64,000 nt of DNA, from contig OZ241863.1 of NCBI GenBank assembly GCA_965203055.1, positions 3,168,001 through 3,232,000 of the forward strand. Direction: 5' to 3'. This DNA comes from Spirochaetia bacterium. GTDB taxonomy: Bacteria; Spirochaetota; Spirochaetia; SZUA-6; Bin103. The notes under the pieces were generated by a model that saw nothing but the letters and a program-made list of their open reading frames with translations, did no database searches and was not told where the DNA came from. The position numbers were made by a program, and so were the translations under genes. Below are positions 1 through 9,749 of the stretch, piece after piece. The first letter of the stretch is position 1. Each line of letters starts with the position of its first letter.

Positions 1-1
1 C

Positions 2-496
2 CTTGTCCACAGGCGGGAAGTCGAGTCCACCGAGTCCCTGAAGAAGAAATTGAACGGGATCATACCTTCAGATGAAGAATTCCGAGCGGCCTTCGAGATT
101 GCCCGGGTGCCGAGGGCGAGCCTGGCGCGGTACTGCCTCCGGTCGTTGGAGCGGGTGGCGAGCGATGAATCCGAGCCGTGGTACTTGCCCAACGAAGACT
201 CGTCGATCATCAACCTGGAGCACATTCTCCCCAAGAAACAGGAGGGCAACTGGCCGCAGTTCAGCGACGACCACGCGGCGACGTACGTCAATCGCCTCGG
301 CAATCAGGTGTTGCTGCGCGCCAGCGAAAACTCGGCGGTGGGAAACGCCGGATTCGCGGACAAGCGGGTCCTCTATAAGGAGTCGCCATACCGGTTGACG
401 AAGATGATCGCGGAGGAAGCGGACTGGACACCGGAGCAGGTCGTCGCGCGGCAGAAGCGGCTTGCCGGCCTGGCGCTCGCCGCGTGGCCGATCTAG
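2..496 (+). CDS. GmrSD/DUF1524-type HNH nuclease domain protein, C-terminal part (5'-partial)
   Basis: The frame is open from position 2. Motifs LEHILP...NRLGNQVLL...NS..GN..F.DK...Y.ES match the DUF1524 (GmrSD C-terminal) HNH domain. Confidence 0.75.
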   Translation, partial: LVHRREVESTESLKKKLNGIIPSDEEFRAAFEIARVPRASLARYCLRSLERVASDESEPWYLPNEDSSIINLEHILPKKQEGNWPQFSDDHAATYVNRLGNQVLLRASENSAVGNAGFADKRVLYKESPYRLTKMIAEEADWTPEQVVARQKRLAGLALAAWPI

Positions 497-498
497 CC

Positions 499-777
499 TT
501 ACCGCGTGAGCAGTTCTACTTGCGTCAGAAATTCGTCGGCGGCGCGGCATTGCACCAGCCGGTCACCGATATCGGCCAGTTGATCCGGGTCCGCGATGGG
601 GGCAAGCAGAGCAGCCAAACGCTCCCTAGTCTCCGCCCCGAACCGCAACGCGGCCATACGGCAGAGCAGCGCTCGTTCGTGTTCGAGGCCCCGCTCGAGG
701 CCTTGCTCAAGGCCCTGCTCGCGACCTTCCCGCATCCACTGCTCGGGCCACTCCTTCAAGCGTTCTTGCAGCGTCAT
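499..777 (-). CDS. Rpn-family C-terminal domain only (RpnS-like small protein); ORF is open up to ATG 891
   Basis: MTLQERLKEW..EGREQGLEQGLERG..ALL.RMAALRFG..LADIGDRLVQC resembles Rpn/YhgA (DUF4351-like) C-termini. A strong SD (GGAGGAGG, 790-783) precedes ATG 777. No nuclease domain is present. Confidence 0.6.
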   Translation of the reverse strand: MTLQERLKEWPEQWMREGREQGLEQGLERGLEHERALLCRMAALRFGAETRERLAALLAPIADPDQLADIGDRLVQCRAADEFLTQVELLTR

Positions 778-908
778 CCGTACCTCCTCCAGGCTGTTCA
801 TCGCCGGCAGCTCCTCACCGGCCGGCTTGACCTGCTCCATCGAACTCGTCAGCCAGTCGACGTTCTCCGGCCCCGGCGGGCAGTATGGCATTATGTTGGT
901 GCTGACGC

Positions 909-3900
909 ATGAGCACGATAGCTGACATCTTCGATCTACCGGAACGGGTCCACCAGGGGGACTTCGTGCTGCGGCTGGCCGAGGGAGTGGAGCGCGCCGA
1001 GCAGACGCTGCGCGATTACGTGGCGACCCCGCAGCTCGCGCAGTGCTTCGACGCCGCGCTGACGCTGATCGGCAGCGCGGTGGAGCAGGGCACCAGCAAG
1101 GGCGCCTACCTGCACGGCAGCTTCGGCAGCGGCAAGAGCCACTTCATGGCGGTGCTGACGCTGCTGCTGCAGGGCAATCCGCGGGCGCGCTCCATTCCCG
1201 AGCTGGCCGGCGCCGTGACCCGCGCCAACGCCTGGGCCGCGGACCGCCGGTTCCTGGTGGTGCCGTACCACCTGATCGGTGCGGCCAGCATGGAGGCCGC
1301 GCTGCTCGGCCACTATGCCGAACACGTGCGCGCGCTGCACCCGGACGCGCCCACCCCCGGCTTCTACCAGGCCGAACGCGTGTTCGCGGACGCCCGCCGC
1401 CTGCGCGCGAACATGGGCGATGCGGCGTTCTTCAAGGCGTTGAATGACGCGGTGCGGAGCGGTGCGGCGGACGCCGGCGGCGGCTGGGGCGCGCTGGGCA
1501 GCGGCTGGGACACGACCGGCTTCGATACCGCGCTGGCGGCGGCGCCGGGCGACCCCGAACGGGTGCGGCTGACCGGCGACCTGATCGACGCCTTCTTCGG
1601 GGCGATGCGGGCGTCCGGCGGCAGCGGCGGCGAGCGCTTCGCCGACCTGGACGAAGGCTTGGCGGTGATGGCGCAGCACGCGCAGGCGCTCGGCTACGAC
1701 GCCCTGATCCTGTTCCTGGACGAACTGATCCTGTGGCTGGCCAGCCACGCCGCGGACCCGGCCTTCGTCAGCCGCGAAGGGCAGAAGGTCGCCAAGCTGG
1801 TCGAGTCGGGGCGCGCCGACCGGCCGATCCCGATCGTCAGCTTCATCGCCCGGCAGCGCGACCTGCGCGAGCTGGTGGGCGAGCACCTGCCGGGCGCCGA
1901 GCAGCTCGGCTTCGCCGACGTGCTCAACTGGTGGGAAGCGCGGTTCGACCGGATCACCCTGGAAGACCGCAACCTGCCGGCCATCGCCGAGCGCCGCGTG
2001 CTGCGTCCGAAGAACGCCGCGGCGCGCGCCCAGCTCGAAGCGGCCTTCGAGCGGACCGCCCGCGTGCGCGAGGAAGTCCTCAACGTGCTGCTCACCCGCG
2101 CCGGCGACCGCCCCATGTTCCGGCAGCTCTATCCCTTCAGCCCCGCGCTGGTGCAGGCGTTGATCGCCGTGTCGTCGCTGCTGCAGCGCGAGCGCACCGC
2201 GCTCAAGATCATGCTGCAGCTCCTGGTGGAGCAGGGCGGCCGGCTGCAACTCGGCGACGTCATCCCGGTGGGCGACCTGTTCGACGTCGTGGCGCGCGGC
2301 GACGAGCCGTTCACGCAGGCGATGCGGGTGCGCTTCGACGACGCCCTGAACTTGTACCGCACCAAGCTCCGGCCGCTGCTGGAGTCCGAGCAGGGCGTTG
2401 TCGCCGCCGAGGTGGAGGCGGGGACCGCCCCGACGGCCGCCGCGGCGCGGTTCCGTTCCGACGACCGGTTGCTGAAGACGCTGCTGCTGGCGGCCATTGC
2501 CGAAGGGGTGGAAGCGTTGCGGGCGCTCACGCCGGCGCGCCTGGCGGCGCTCAACCACGGCACGGTGCGCTCGCCGATTTCGGGCATGGAGAGTCATGTC
2601 GTGCTGCGCAAGTGCCGGCGGTGGGCGGCGCAGGTGGGCGAGATCAAGGTCGCCGAGGACAGCGCCAATCCGGTCATCTCCTTGCAGATCGTCGGCGTGG
2701 ATACCGAAAGCATCCTGCAGAACGCGGCCGCGCTCGACAACGCCGGCAACCGCATCCGCACGGTGCGCCGGATCATCTGCGAAGCCCTCGGCACCGCGGC
2801 GGGTGAGCTGCACGACCGCCATGAGCTGACGTGGCGCGGCACGCGGCGTACCTGCGAAGTACTGTTCCGCAACGTCCGGGTGATGAAGGCCCCGGATTTG
2901 CGCAACGACCCCGGCTCGTGGCAGGTCGTGATCGACTGGCCGTTCGACGAACCGCAGTACACGCCGCTCGACGACCGCGCGCAGCTCCAGAACTTCCGCC
3001 GAACCGAAGAGCCGGCGGATACTCTGGTCTGGCTGCCGTCGTTCTTCTCCTCCGTTGGGCAGCGCGATCTGGGCCGGCTGGTGCTGCTCGAGGAGGTGCT
3101 CACCGGCAACCGCCTCAACGAATACGGCGCGCACCTGTCGCAGACCGACCGCGAGCAGGCGCGCGCGCTGCTCGCCAATCAACGCAATCAGATGCTGGTG
3201 CGCATCAACGATCACCTGCTCGCCGCCTATGGCATCGGCGACGTCGATAGCGGCGCCATCGATCACAGCCATGAGCTCAGCGAGCATTTCGAGTCCCTGA
3301 ATCCTCGGTGTCAGTTGCGCCCGCCGGTGGCCGGGGCGTTCCGCGGCGCGCTGGAGGAGCTCGTGGGCCAGGCGCTCGCGGCGCAGTATCCCGACCATCC
3401 CAAGTTCGGCGTCGAGGTCAAGCGGCCGGCCTTGCGGCGGGTGCTGGATGTGGTGGAGCGGGCCGTGGCCCACCCGGAGGAGCGGGTCGAGGTGCCGCCC
3501 CCGGTCCGCGAGGAGATGCACGGTATCGCCGTACCGTTGAAGCTTGGCGACATGGGCGAAACGCACTTCAAGCTCAGGCGGCACTGGTTCGACGAGCTGG
3601 ATCTCAAGCGCGCCCGGCACGGCCGCGGACCCATGACCGTTGGTATGGTGCGCGGCTGGATCGAGGCGCCCGAGCGGCGCGGGTTTCCGCGCGACGTCCA
3701 GAACCTGGTGATCGCGGTGTTCGCAGCGCTGGGCGGCTTCGACTTTGTCTACCGCGGCCGGCCGTTGTCCGGGGCCATCGACAAGCTCGACGACGCCTGC
3801 GAGCTGCGGGCGCACGAGCTGCCGTCCGCCGAGGAGTACCAGCGGGCCGTGCAGCGCGCCGGGGAGGTGTTCGACTACGCGACGGTGTCGCGGCTGTCCG

Positions 3901-4577
3901 CCCGTAGCGTGAACGAGTTGGCGCAGGCGGTGCGCGCCGCCGCCGACCGGTGCCGGGCGCCGGTGGACGAGCTGGCGGCGGCTCTCCGGCAGCGGCTGCG
4001 GAGGCGGTCGCTGGCAGTGGCCGACAGCGAGCGCCTGCGCACGGTGGACGCCGCGCTGGCGCTGCTCTCGGCCCTGGAGGGCGCCGGCGACAACGCGGTG
4101 GTGGCGGCGCTGGCGCAGGCCGAGGTGCCCACCAGCGCCGTCGCCATGGGGGCGGTGGTCGCGGGCGCCGGCGGGCTGGTCTCCGCGCTGGCGCCGCACC
4201 GCTGGAAGGTGCTCACCCAGTTGGCGGTCCTGGCCGGGCCGTACCGGGAGCAGGCTGCGGAGATCGATGCGGAACTGAACGACGCCCTGCGCCGCGACGA
4301 GCACGTCACGCCGCTGGCGGCCACCGTGGAGCGGTGCCATGACCGGGCGCTGGGACTCCTCGCCGACGCTGCCGGGGCCGCAACGACTCCCCCGCCGGTG
4401 CCGCCGGTGCCGCCGGTGCCGCCCGTGGCGGCCGCGCGGCGCGGCACCAGCGACGTGGCGGCCGGCGACGTTACCAACGTGCTCGCCGAGATCGAGGCCG
4501 CGATACGGGCGACCGGCGCGACCCGGGTGACGGTCGACTGGAAGGTCTACTCCGACGCGAACGGCGGCGCGGGGTGA
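909..4577 (+). CDS. pglY: BREX type 2 (Pgl) ATPase PglY
   Basis: 1222 aa. N-terminal DFVLRL, Walker A HGSFGSGKSHF, Walker B LILFLDE, YPFSPALV. Overlaps the pglZ start (GTGA). Confidence 0.9.
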   Translation: MSTIADIFDLPERVHQGDFVLRLAEGVERAEQTLRDYVATPQLAQCFDAALTLIGSAVEQGTSKGAYLHGSFGSGKSHFMAVLTLLLQGNPRARSIPELAGAVTRANAWAADRRFLVVPYHLIGAASMEAALLGHYAEHVRALHPDAPTPGFYQAERVFADARRLRANMGDAAFFKALNDAVRSGAADAGGGWGALGSGWDTTGFDTALAAAPGDPERVRLTGDLIDAFFGAMRASGGSGGERFADLDEGLAVMAQHAQALGYDALILFLDELILWLASHAADPAFVSREGQKVAKLVESGRADRPIPIVSFIARQRDLRELVGEHLPGAEQLGFADVLNWWEARFDRITLEDRNLPAIAERRVLRPKNAAARAQLEAAFERTARVREEVLNVLLTRAGDRPMFRQLYPFSPALVQALIAVSSLLQRERTALKIMLQLLVEQGGRLQLGDVIPVGDLFDVVARGDEPFTQAMRVRFDDALNLYRTKLRPLLESEQGVVAAEVEAGTAPTAAAARFRSDDRLLKTLLLAAIAEGVEALRALTPARLAALNHGTVRSPISGMESHVVLRKCRRWAAQVGEIKVAEDSANPVISLQIVGVDTESILQNAAALDNAGNRIRTVRRIICEALGTAAGELHDRHELTWRGTRRTCEVLFRNVRVMKAPDLRNDPGSWQVVIDWPFDEPQYTPLDDRAQLQNFRRTEEPADTLVWLPSFFSSVGQRDLGRLVLLEEVLTGNRLNEYGAHLSQTDREQARALLANQRNQMLVRINDHLLAAYGIGDVDSGAIDHSHELSEHFESLNPRCQLRPPVAGAFRGALEELVGQALAAQYPDHPKFGVEVKRPALRRVLDVVERAVAHPEERVEVPPPVREEMHGIAVPLKLGDMGETHFKLRRHWFDELDLKRARHGRGPMTVGMVRGWIEAPERRGFPRDVQNLVIAVFAALGGFDFVYRGRPLSGAIDKLDDACELRAHELPSAEEYQRAVQRAGEVFDYATVSRLSARSVNELAQAVRAAADRCRAPVDELAAALRQRLRRRSLAVADSERLRTVDAALALLSALEGAGDNAVVAALAQAEVPTSAVAMGAVVAGAGGLVSALAPHRWKVLTQLAVLAGPYREQAAEIDAELNDALRRDEHVTPLAATVERCHDRALGLLADAAGAATTPPPVPPVPPVPPVAAARRGTSDVAAGDVTNVLAEIEAAIRATGATRVTVDWKVYSDANGGAG

Positions 4578-6874
4578 GCCTCACGCCCGAACAACTGATC
4601 CTGCAGGTCAGGCAGCTCTGCGAACGGCGGCCCGACACGCGGGTGATCGGCATCCACGCGCCGCAGTGGCGCGGCGGCGCTTCGATCTCCACCGGCCAGG
4701 CCGCGTTCCGCGTCTCCTGGTGCGAATCGGCGCTGGCGGTGAGCGAGCAGCTTGCCGCGCTGGGCGACGGAGAACGGCTGGTGGTGCTGACGCCGCTCGA
4801 TGAGACCGAGCTGGGCGCCGACGTGCTGGCGCGCCTGGCGCGGCGGCGGTTGATCCACCCCGACCGGTGGCAGATGGTGGCCGACGCCTACGGCGTGGTC
4901 GAGGTCGATCCGCGGCTGCCGATGGAGTCGTGGATGGCCGAGGCGCTGCTCGCGGCGACGCCGTTCCGGCGCACCCTGCCGGCGAAGGTGCTGGATGCCG
5001 GCGCGGCGTGGCGGCAGGTGCTGGGACACGCGCTGGGTCTCGACGACGGCAGTCCCGATGCGGATGCCGTGGTCCGGTGGAGTGCGCGTGAGCAGCCGGA
5101 CGCCGCGGAGCGGTTCGCGGCGCTGCCGGCGCCGCTGGCGGAAGCGGTAGGGCAGCGGCTGGAACAGAGCGCCGGCGGCCTGGGCGCGCCGCTGGCCGCC
5201 GCCATCGCCGCCGGCAATGCCGGGGAGCTGCTGCCGATCGGCCTGGCTTGCGACCTGCTGTTCGGCGGGCCGGCGGAACCGGAGCTCACGCGGGCCGCGG
5301 TGCGACTGGAACCGCTGCTCGCCGGAGCGGGCGTCGAGCCGGCGCGCGGCCGCGAGTGGGCCGCGTGCGCCCGGCGCGCGCTGCGGTCGCTGCCGCCGCC
5401 GCAGCGCCGCGCATGGCTGGAACGCGGCGAACGGTTGCTGGCGCAGCTCAAGGTGGAGGCCTGGGCAGAACGCAGCGCGGTGCTGCCGGCCGGCCTGGCG
5501 GCGCGCCTCGACCGCTTCACCGGCGCCGCCGAGGCGGCGCTGGCCGACGCGGCGGCACTTGGCGCGGCCGAGCGCGCCTTCGACCGCGTGCGCGAGCACG
5601 ACGCCTGGGCCGAGCAGCCGGAGCGCGCCGACCGGCTGGAGATGGCGATGCGGCTGCTGCGCAGCCTCCACCGCCGGGACCGCGCCGCGGAGGCCGGCCC
5701 ATCCACTATCGCCGCCATGATGGAGGATCACGCCGCCGAGGGCGCGTTCGAGGATTGGGCCAGACGCCGGCTCCTGGGCGCGGATGAGCACGCCGGCATC
5801 GCGGCGCTGTATCGGGCGCTCTACCTCGCGGTGCGCGCCCGCCGGGAGCGGCGCAATCGGTCGTTCGCCGCCGGCGTGAGCGCCTGGGCGGCGGAGGAGG
5901 GCGCCGGCGCCGCGGGCGCTGATGTTCTTGCCATCGAGCACTGCCTGGCCCGGACCGTTGCGCCGCTGGCGCAGTCGCGTCCCGTGCTGGTGCTGGTGGT
6001 GGACGCGATGGACGGCGGCATCTTCGAGGAGCTGGGGGAGAGTCTGCGCGCGCTGGGCTGGCGCCGGCAGAGCGGCGCGCCGCGCACGGCGCTGGCGGTG
6101 TTGCCGGCCGTCACGCAGGCGTCGCGCATGACGCTGTTCGCCGGCGCGGTGCGGCAGGGCGGCGGCGCTCAGGAAAAGGCCGCGTTCGCCCGCCATCCCG
6201 AGCTGCTCGCCGCCTCGCAACGCGGCCGCCCGCCGCTGTTGTTCCACAAGGCCGACCTGCTCGACCACGCCGCGATGGGACTGGCGGCGGCGGTGCGCGA
6301 GGCGCTCGGCGACGGGCGCCGGAAGGTAGTCGGAGTAGTCCTCAACGCGGTGGATGACCACTTGGCCAAGTCCGAGCAACTGCAACTGGTCTGGCGCCCG
6401 GACCGCGTGCGGCTCCTGCCCGAGCTGCTGCACGAAGCGCACGCCGCCGGCAGAATAGTGGTGCTGACCTCCGACCACGGCCACGTGCTGGAGGAGGACG
6501 GCGTCAAGCTGCCCGGCGACCTCGAGGGCCGCTGGCGCGCTGCCGGCCGTCCGCCCGCCGACCTCGAAATCGAGCTCGCCGGCGAGCGCGTGCGCGCCGC
6601 CACCGGCCGCGCCGGGATCGTCGTCCCCTGGAGCGAAACCGTGCGCTACACCCAGCGCAAGAACGGCTATCACGGCGGCCTGACCCTGCAGGAAGCGGTC
6701 GTCCCGATCGGCATCTTCACCCCGCCGGGCGAGAACCTCAAAGCCCTGAAGCCGGCGGAATCGCCGTATCCTCCGTGGTGGCGCAGCGCGGCCTCCGAGT
6801 CGGAACCGCCCGCCCAACCGCCGCCCCCCGCCCCGCAACTCGACCTCTTCAATGCCGATGACCCCTCGCGCTGA
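4574..6874 (+). CDS. pglZ: BREX type 2 alkaline-phosphatase-fold protein PglZ (possibly C-terminally shortened)
   Basis: Motifs VLVVDAM, LPAVTQASR, LNAVDD, TSDHGH and GYHGG. Translationally coupled to pglY. Confidence 0.9.
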   Translation: MSLTPEQLILQVRQLCERRPDTRVIGIHAPQWRGGASISTGQAAFRVSWCESALAVSEQLAALGDGERLVVLTPLDETELGADVLARLARRRLIHPDRWQMVADAYGVVEVDPRLPMESWMAEALLAATPFRRTLPAKVLDAGAAWRQVLGHALGLDDGSPDADAVVRWSAREQPDAAERFAALPAPLAEAVGQRLEQSAGGLGAPLAAAIAAGNAGELLPIGLACDLLFGGPAEPELTRAAVRLEPLLAGAGVEPARGREWAACARRALRSLPPPQRRAWLERGERLLAQLKVEAWAERSAVLPAGLAARLDRFTGAAEAALADAAALGAAERAFDRVREHDAWAEQPERADRLEMAMRLLRSLHRRDRAAEAGPSTIAAMMEDHAAEGAFEDWARRRLLGADEHAGIAALYRALYLAVRARRERRNRSFAAGVSAWAAEEGAGAAGADVLAIEHCLARTVAPLAQSRPVLVLVVDAMDGGIFEELGESLRALGWRRQSGAPRTALAVLPAVTQASRMTLFAGAVRQGGGAQEKAAFARHPELLAASQRGRPPLLFHKADLLDHAAMGLAAAVREALGDGRRKVVGVVLNAVDDHLAKSEQLQLVWRPDRVRLLPELLHEAHAAGRIVVLTSDHGHVLEEDGVKLPGDLEGRWRAAGRPPADLEIELAGERVRAATGRAGIVVPWSETVRYTQRKNGYHGGLTLQEAVVPIGIFTPPGENLKALKPAESPYPPWWRSAASESEPPAQPPPPAPQLDLFNADDPSR

Positions 6875-6970
6875 CCCGGCCTCGCGCCGGCTCCACACGA
6901 AGCGCCACCGCCGCCGCCAAGTGCCGTACTGGCCAGACGCCCCCACGCCGCGGTATGATCGCGCAGCATC

Positions 6971-7570
6971 ATGGACGCCGAGCGGTCTGACATTCAGATT
7001 ATCACCATACCGGATTGGGACTTGCACGGCGTCGTGCCGCCGATCCGTCTAGCTGCACCTACGTCGCGCGACCGTTCTCCGTATTCAGTTTCGCTCATCG
7101 ATTTCATACTACGTTTCGGAACGACCGCGGCTCGTCGCGAAATCATATCAGGATTTCTCAACTACCGCGATGCGTTGCGAGGGGTCCGCATTGTCAGAGG
7201 CTATCAATGGATCGACGGCAGCTTCATCGAGGATATTGAGACGATCGAGTACCGCGCTCCACGCGATATTGACATCGTTACTCTTTTTCATCTTCCTGAA
7301 GGGGATACTCAGGAGACTCTATTGGAACGTATGCCTCGGCTATTCCGAGCGGAAGATACGAAGATAGATTATCGTGTAGACGCCCATTACGTACAATTGG
7401 ACACTGACACCCCGGAGTCTCTCGTCGATCAAATTACCTACTGGTATAGCTTATGGTCACATCGAAGGAGTGGCCGATGGAAAGGATACCTGAAGATAGG
7501 TCTCTCTACTGTCGAAGATCATGCTGCCAGAGCTAGTCTTGATGTGATGACACAGGGAGGTGATACTTGA
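6971..7570 (+). CDS. Putative Pol-beta superfamily nucleotidyltransferase (DUF6932-like)
   Basis: WIDGSF...PRDIDIV (GS + DxD) and a later VDA acidic strand. Visibly lower GC than the flanks. Confidence 0.65.
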   Translation: MDAERSDIQIITIPDWDLHGVVPPIRLAAPTSRDRSPYSVSLIDFILRFGTTAARREIISGFLNYRDALRGVRIVRGYQWIDGSFIEDIETIEYRAPRDIDIVTLFHLPEGDTQETLLERMPRLFRAEDTKIDYRVDAHYVQLDTDTPESLVDQITYWYSLWSHRRSGRWKGYLKIGLSTVEDHAARASLDVMTQGGDT

Positions 7571-8490
7571 ACGCGCGCGAATACCATCAGCTTCAGGCGG
7601 AGGTCAGTACACTGCAAAGCATGATTGAGCGACTTCCGTCCCATCACGCAATCGAGCGGCTTAGTCTGGAATCTCGCAAGAGAGAAGTGGAGGGTGAGCT
7701 TTCATCAATGCCGGCACCCGGGCGAACCCCTGCCCGGGTACGCTTGACGTTCCGTGGAAAACCTGTCGCGGTGTCTCACGGGGTTCGTGCTGACTTCGGT
7801 GCGGCGGCCGTCAAGGCATTTTCCCACGTGGTAGCCACCGTCGGGGCCAGTCAACGTACATTACTCCGATCTCGCGGCGTGGTTCCTAATCGAGAAGACT
7901 ATGATCTGCTGATTACCGATACCGCTCTGGGGTCTTTTGGTTTCGAGTTGGAGGAGCACCACAGGGACGAACTCCTTCCGAGTCAGTATTCCGTCGAGGC
8001 CGCTATCGACCAAACTAAGTCGATCCTTGAAGCCACAGTTGGAACTGACGAAGTATTGGCGAACGCTATTTCGGGAACCGATCCTCGAGCGCTTAGCGCC
8101 GTGCGGGCCTTTCTGAAACTGATGGCGGACCAGGAGGCGGTGTGTGCAATCGAATTCAAGGATGATGTTTTCAGGTTCTTGGACGTGGGGCAGATCAGGC
8201 AGAGTGAAAGCCGCCTGAGAGAGGAAAACATCCGCGAAGAGGAGCGGACAATATCAGGGACATTCGCGGGAGTGTTGCCGGTTGCTCGTACGTTTGAGTT
8301 TCGAGACGGTGATACGGGAGAAGTGATTTCGGGCCGCGTGGGCCCTTCCATCGGGGATGCGTCGGCGATAAACGAGCATATCAACAGACCATTGATGATC
8401 CGCGTTCATTCGACGCGAATAGGAGCATCGAAACCCCGTTACGTGCTTGTGGAATACGATCCACCACGGAAAGATGAATCAGCTCACTAA
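7567..8490 (+). CDS. Hypothetical protein, N-terminal helical hairpin and beta-rich (possibly OB-like) C-terminus
   Basis: 307 aa. TTG start with SD AGGGAGGT, 4-bp overlap with the upstream stop, same low-GC composition. Confidence 0.7.
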   Translation: MNAREYHQLQAEVSTLQSMIERLPSHHAIERLSLESRKREVEGELSSMPAPGRTPARVRLTFRGKPVAVSHGVRADFGAAAVKAFSHVVATVGASQRTLLRSRGVVPNREDYDLLITDTALGSFGFELEEHHRDELLPSQYSVEAAIDQTKSILEATVGTDEVLANAISGTDPRALSAVRAFLKLMADQEAVCAIEFKDDVFRFLDVGQIRQSESRLREENIREEERTISGTFAGVLPVARTFEFRDGDTGEVISGRVGPSIGDASAINEHINRPLMIRVHSTRIGASKPRYVLVEYDPPRKDESAH

Positions 8491-8578
8491 TTCACTCGGC
8501 AGATTGACCGGTTTACGAACGAACCCAAGATGGTAAAATGCGTTTTCAGAAGACCGAGAAATGCTTCGGAGGTCCTCG

Positions 8579-9748
8579 GTGCTCGCTCGGATTGACCTTT
8601 GCTACTTCAAGTGCTTCACGATGTTGAAGCTGCCGCTGCGGCCGCTGACGCTGCTTTCCGGCACCAACGCTTCCGGCAAGTCGTCGGTGATCCAGGCGCT
8701 GGCGCTCCTGCATCAGACGATGCGCGAACACGAATGGACTTCGCATTTCATGCTGAACGGGAGCGCTGTTCATCTGGGTACAACCGCAGATGTAGTCGAC
8801 CAGGTTCAAGGGCACCGGGCGTTTGGAATCTCGCTTCAGGAAGCTGATGGGTCGTACGTTGAGTGGGAAGCCGAGGGCGAGCGTACCGACATGGCCATGG
8901 CCGTGAAGCGCGTCCGCGCCGAATTCGCCTCCGGCTACGACTGCGATGCCGATGAATCGGAGCCGCTTCGCTTTCTGCTGCCTCGCAACGCGCTTGAGTC
9001 CAGGAAGGCGATGTTGTTGGCGCACCGCCTGCGTCAACTCACCTACCTTGCCGCCGACAGGATGGGGCCGCGCGAGACCTATCCGTTGGAGGATCCGCGG
9101 CACGAGCCGGTCGTCGGTCCACAGGGACTACACACCGCCAGCGTTCTCCTTAACGGAAGCGAAACGCAGGTGCTGAAGAAGCTGGCCACCGAGAGGGTGG
9201 CGCCAACCTTGCGACGTCAGGTTGAAGCGCGCATGCGGGGGTTCTTTCCCGGCTGCGAATTCGTCGTCGAGAAGGTGCCCAAGACGAACGCCGTGACGTT
9301 GCGATTCCGCACGTCCGGGAGCGTGGAGTTCCATCGTCCCGTCCATGCCGGCTTCGGGTTGATGAGGGTCCTTCCGGTCGTCGTGGCGGCGTTGTCGGCT
9401 GAGGAGGACCACCTGCTGGTGATCGAGACCCCCGAGGTCCATCTCCACCCGGCCGGTCAGGCGCACATGGGAGAATTTCTGGCGGAAGTCGCCGCCGCCG
9501 GCGTGCAGGTCATTCTCGAGACGCATAGCGACCACGTGTTGAACGGCATCCGACGCGCGGTCAAACGGAATGCGCTGTCTCCCGACGCCGCGGCCCTTCA
9601 TTTCTTCCGGCCGCGCGATGAGAAGGATGAGAACGCGGCACAGGTGCAGAGTCCGGTTCTGGACCGCGACGGCAACATCGATAGTTGGCCGGATGGGTTC
9701 TTCGATCAGTTCGACAAGGATATGAACCACTTCGCCGGCTGGAGTTGA
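8579..9748 (+). CDS. ABC-type (AAA_21) ATPase with C-terminal DUF3696
   Basis: GTG 8579 follows GGAGG. Walker A GTNASGKS, Walker B LLVIETPEVHLHP, H-loop ETHSDH, C-terminal DGNIDSWPDGFFDQ. Confidence 0.85.
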   Translation: MLARIDLCYFKCFTMLKLPLRPLTLLSGTNASGKSSVIQALALLHQTMREHEWTSHFMLNGSAVHLGTTADVVDQVQGHRAFGISLQEADGSYVEWEAEGERTDMAMAVKRVRAEFASGYDCDADESEPLRFLLPRNALESRKAMLLAHRLRQLTYLAADRMGPRETYPLEDPRHEPVVGPQGLHTASVLLNGSETQVLKKLATERVAPTLRRQVEARMRGFFPGCEFVVEKVPKTNAVTLRFRTSGSVEFHRPVHAGFGLMRVLPVVVAALSAEEDHLLVIETPEVHLHPAGQAHMGEFLAEVAAAGVQVILETHSDHVLNGIRRAVKRNALSPDAAALHFFRPRDEKDENAAQVQSPVLDRDGNIDSWPDGFFDQFDKDMNHFAGWS

Positions 9749-9749
9749 A

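Noticed and set aside
499..891. Active transposase / IS element
   Set aside because: No catalytic domain, terminal inverted repeats or target duplication visible.
936..4340. Very long opposite-strand ORFs (also 4547-7027, 16859-19936, 22951-25203, 36080-38284, 61190-63355)
   Set aside because: Antisense shadows of well-supported genes, expected in high-GC DNA; no motifs.
4392..4427. CCGCCGGTG tandem repeat
   Set aside because: Encodes a PPV linker in PglY; ordinary low-complexity coding repeat.
6971..8490. CBASS or MNT-HEPN call
   Set aside because: The NTase is too small for a CD-NTase, and the partner lacks recognisable effector or HEPN motifs; left unnamed.
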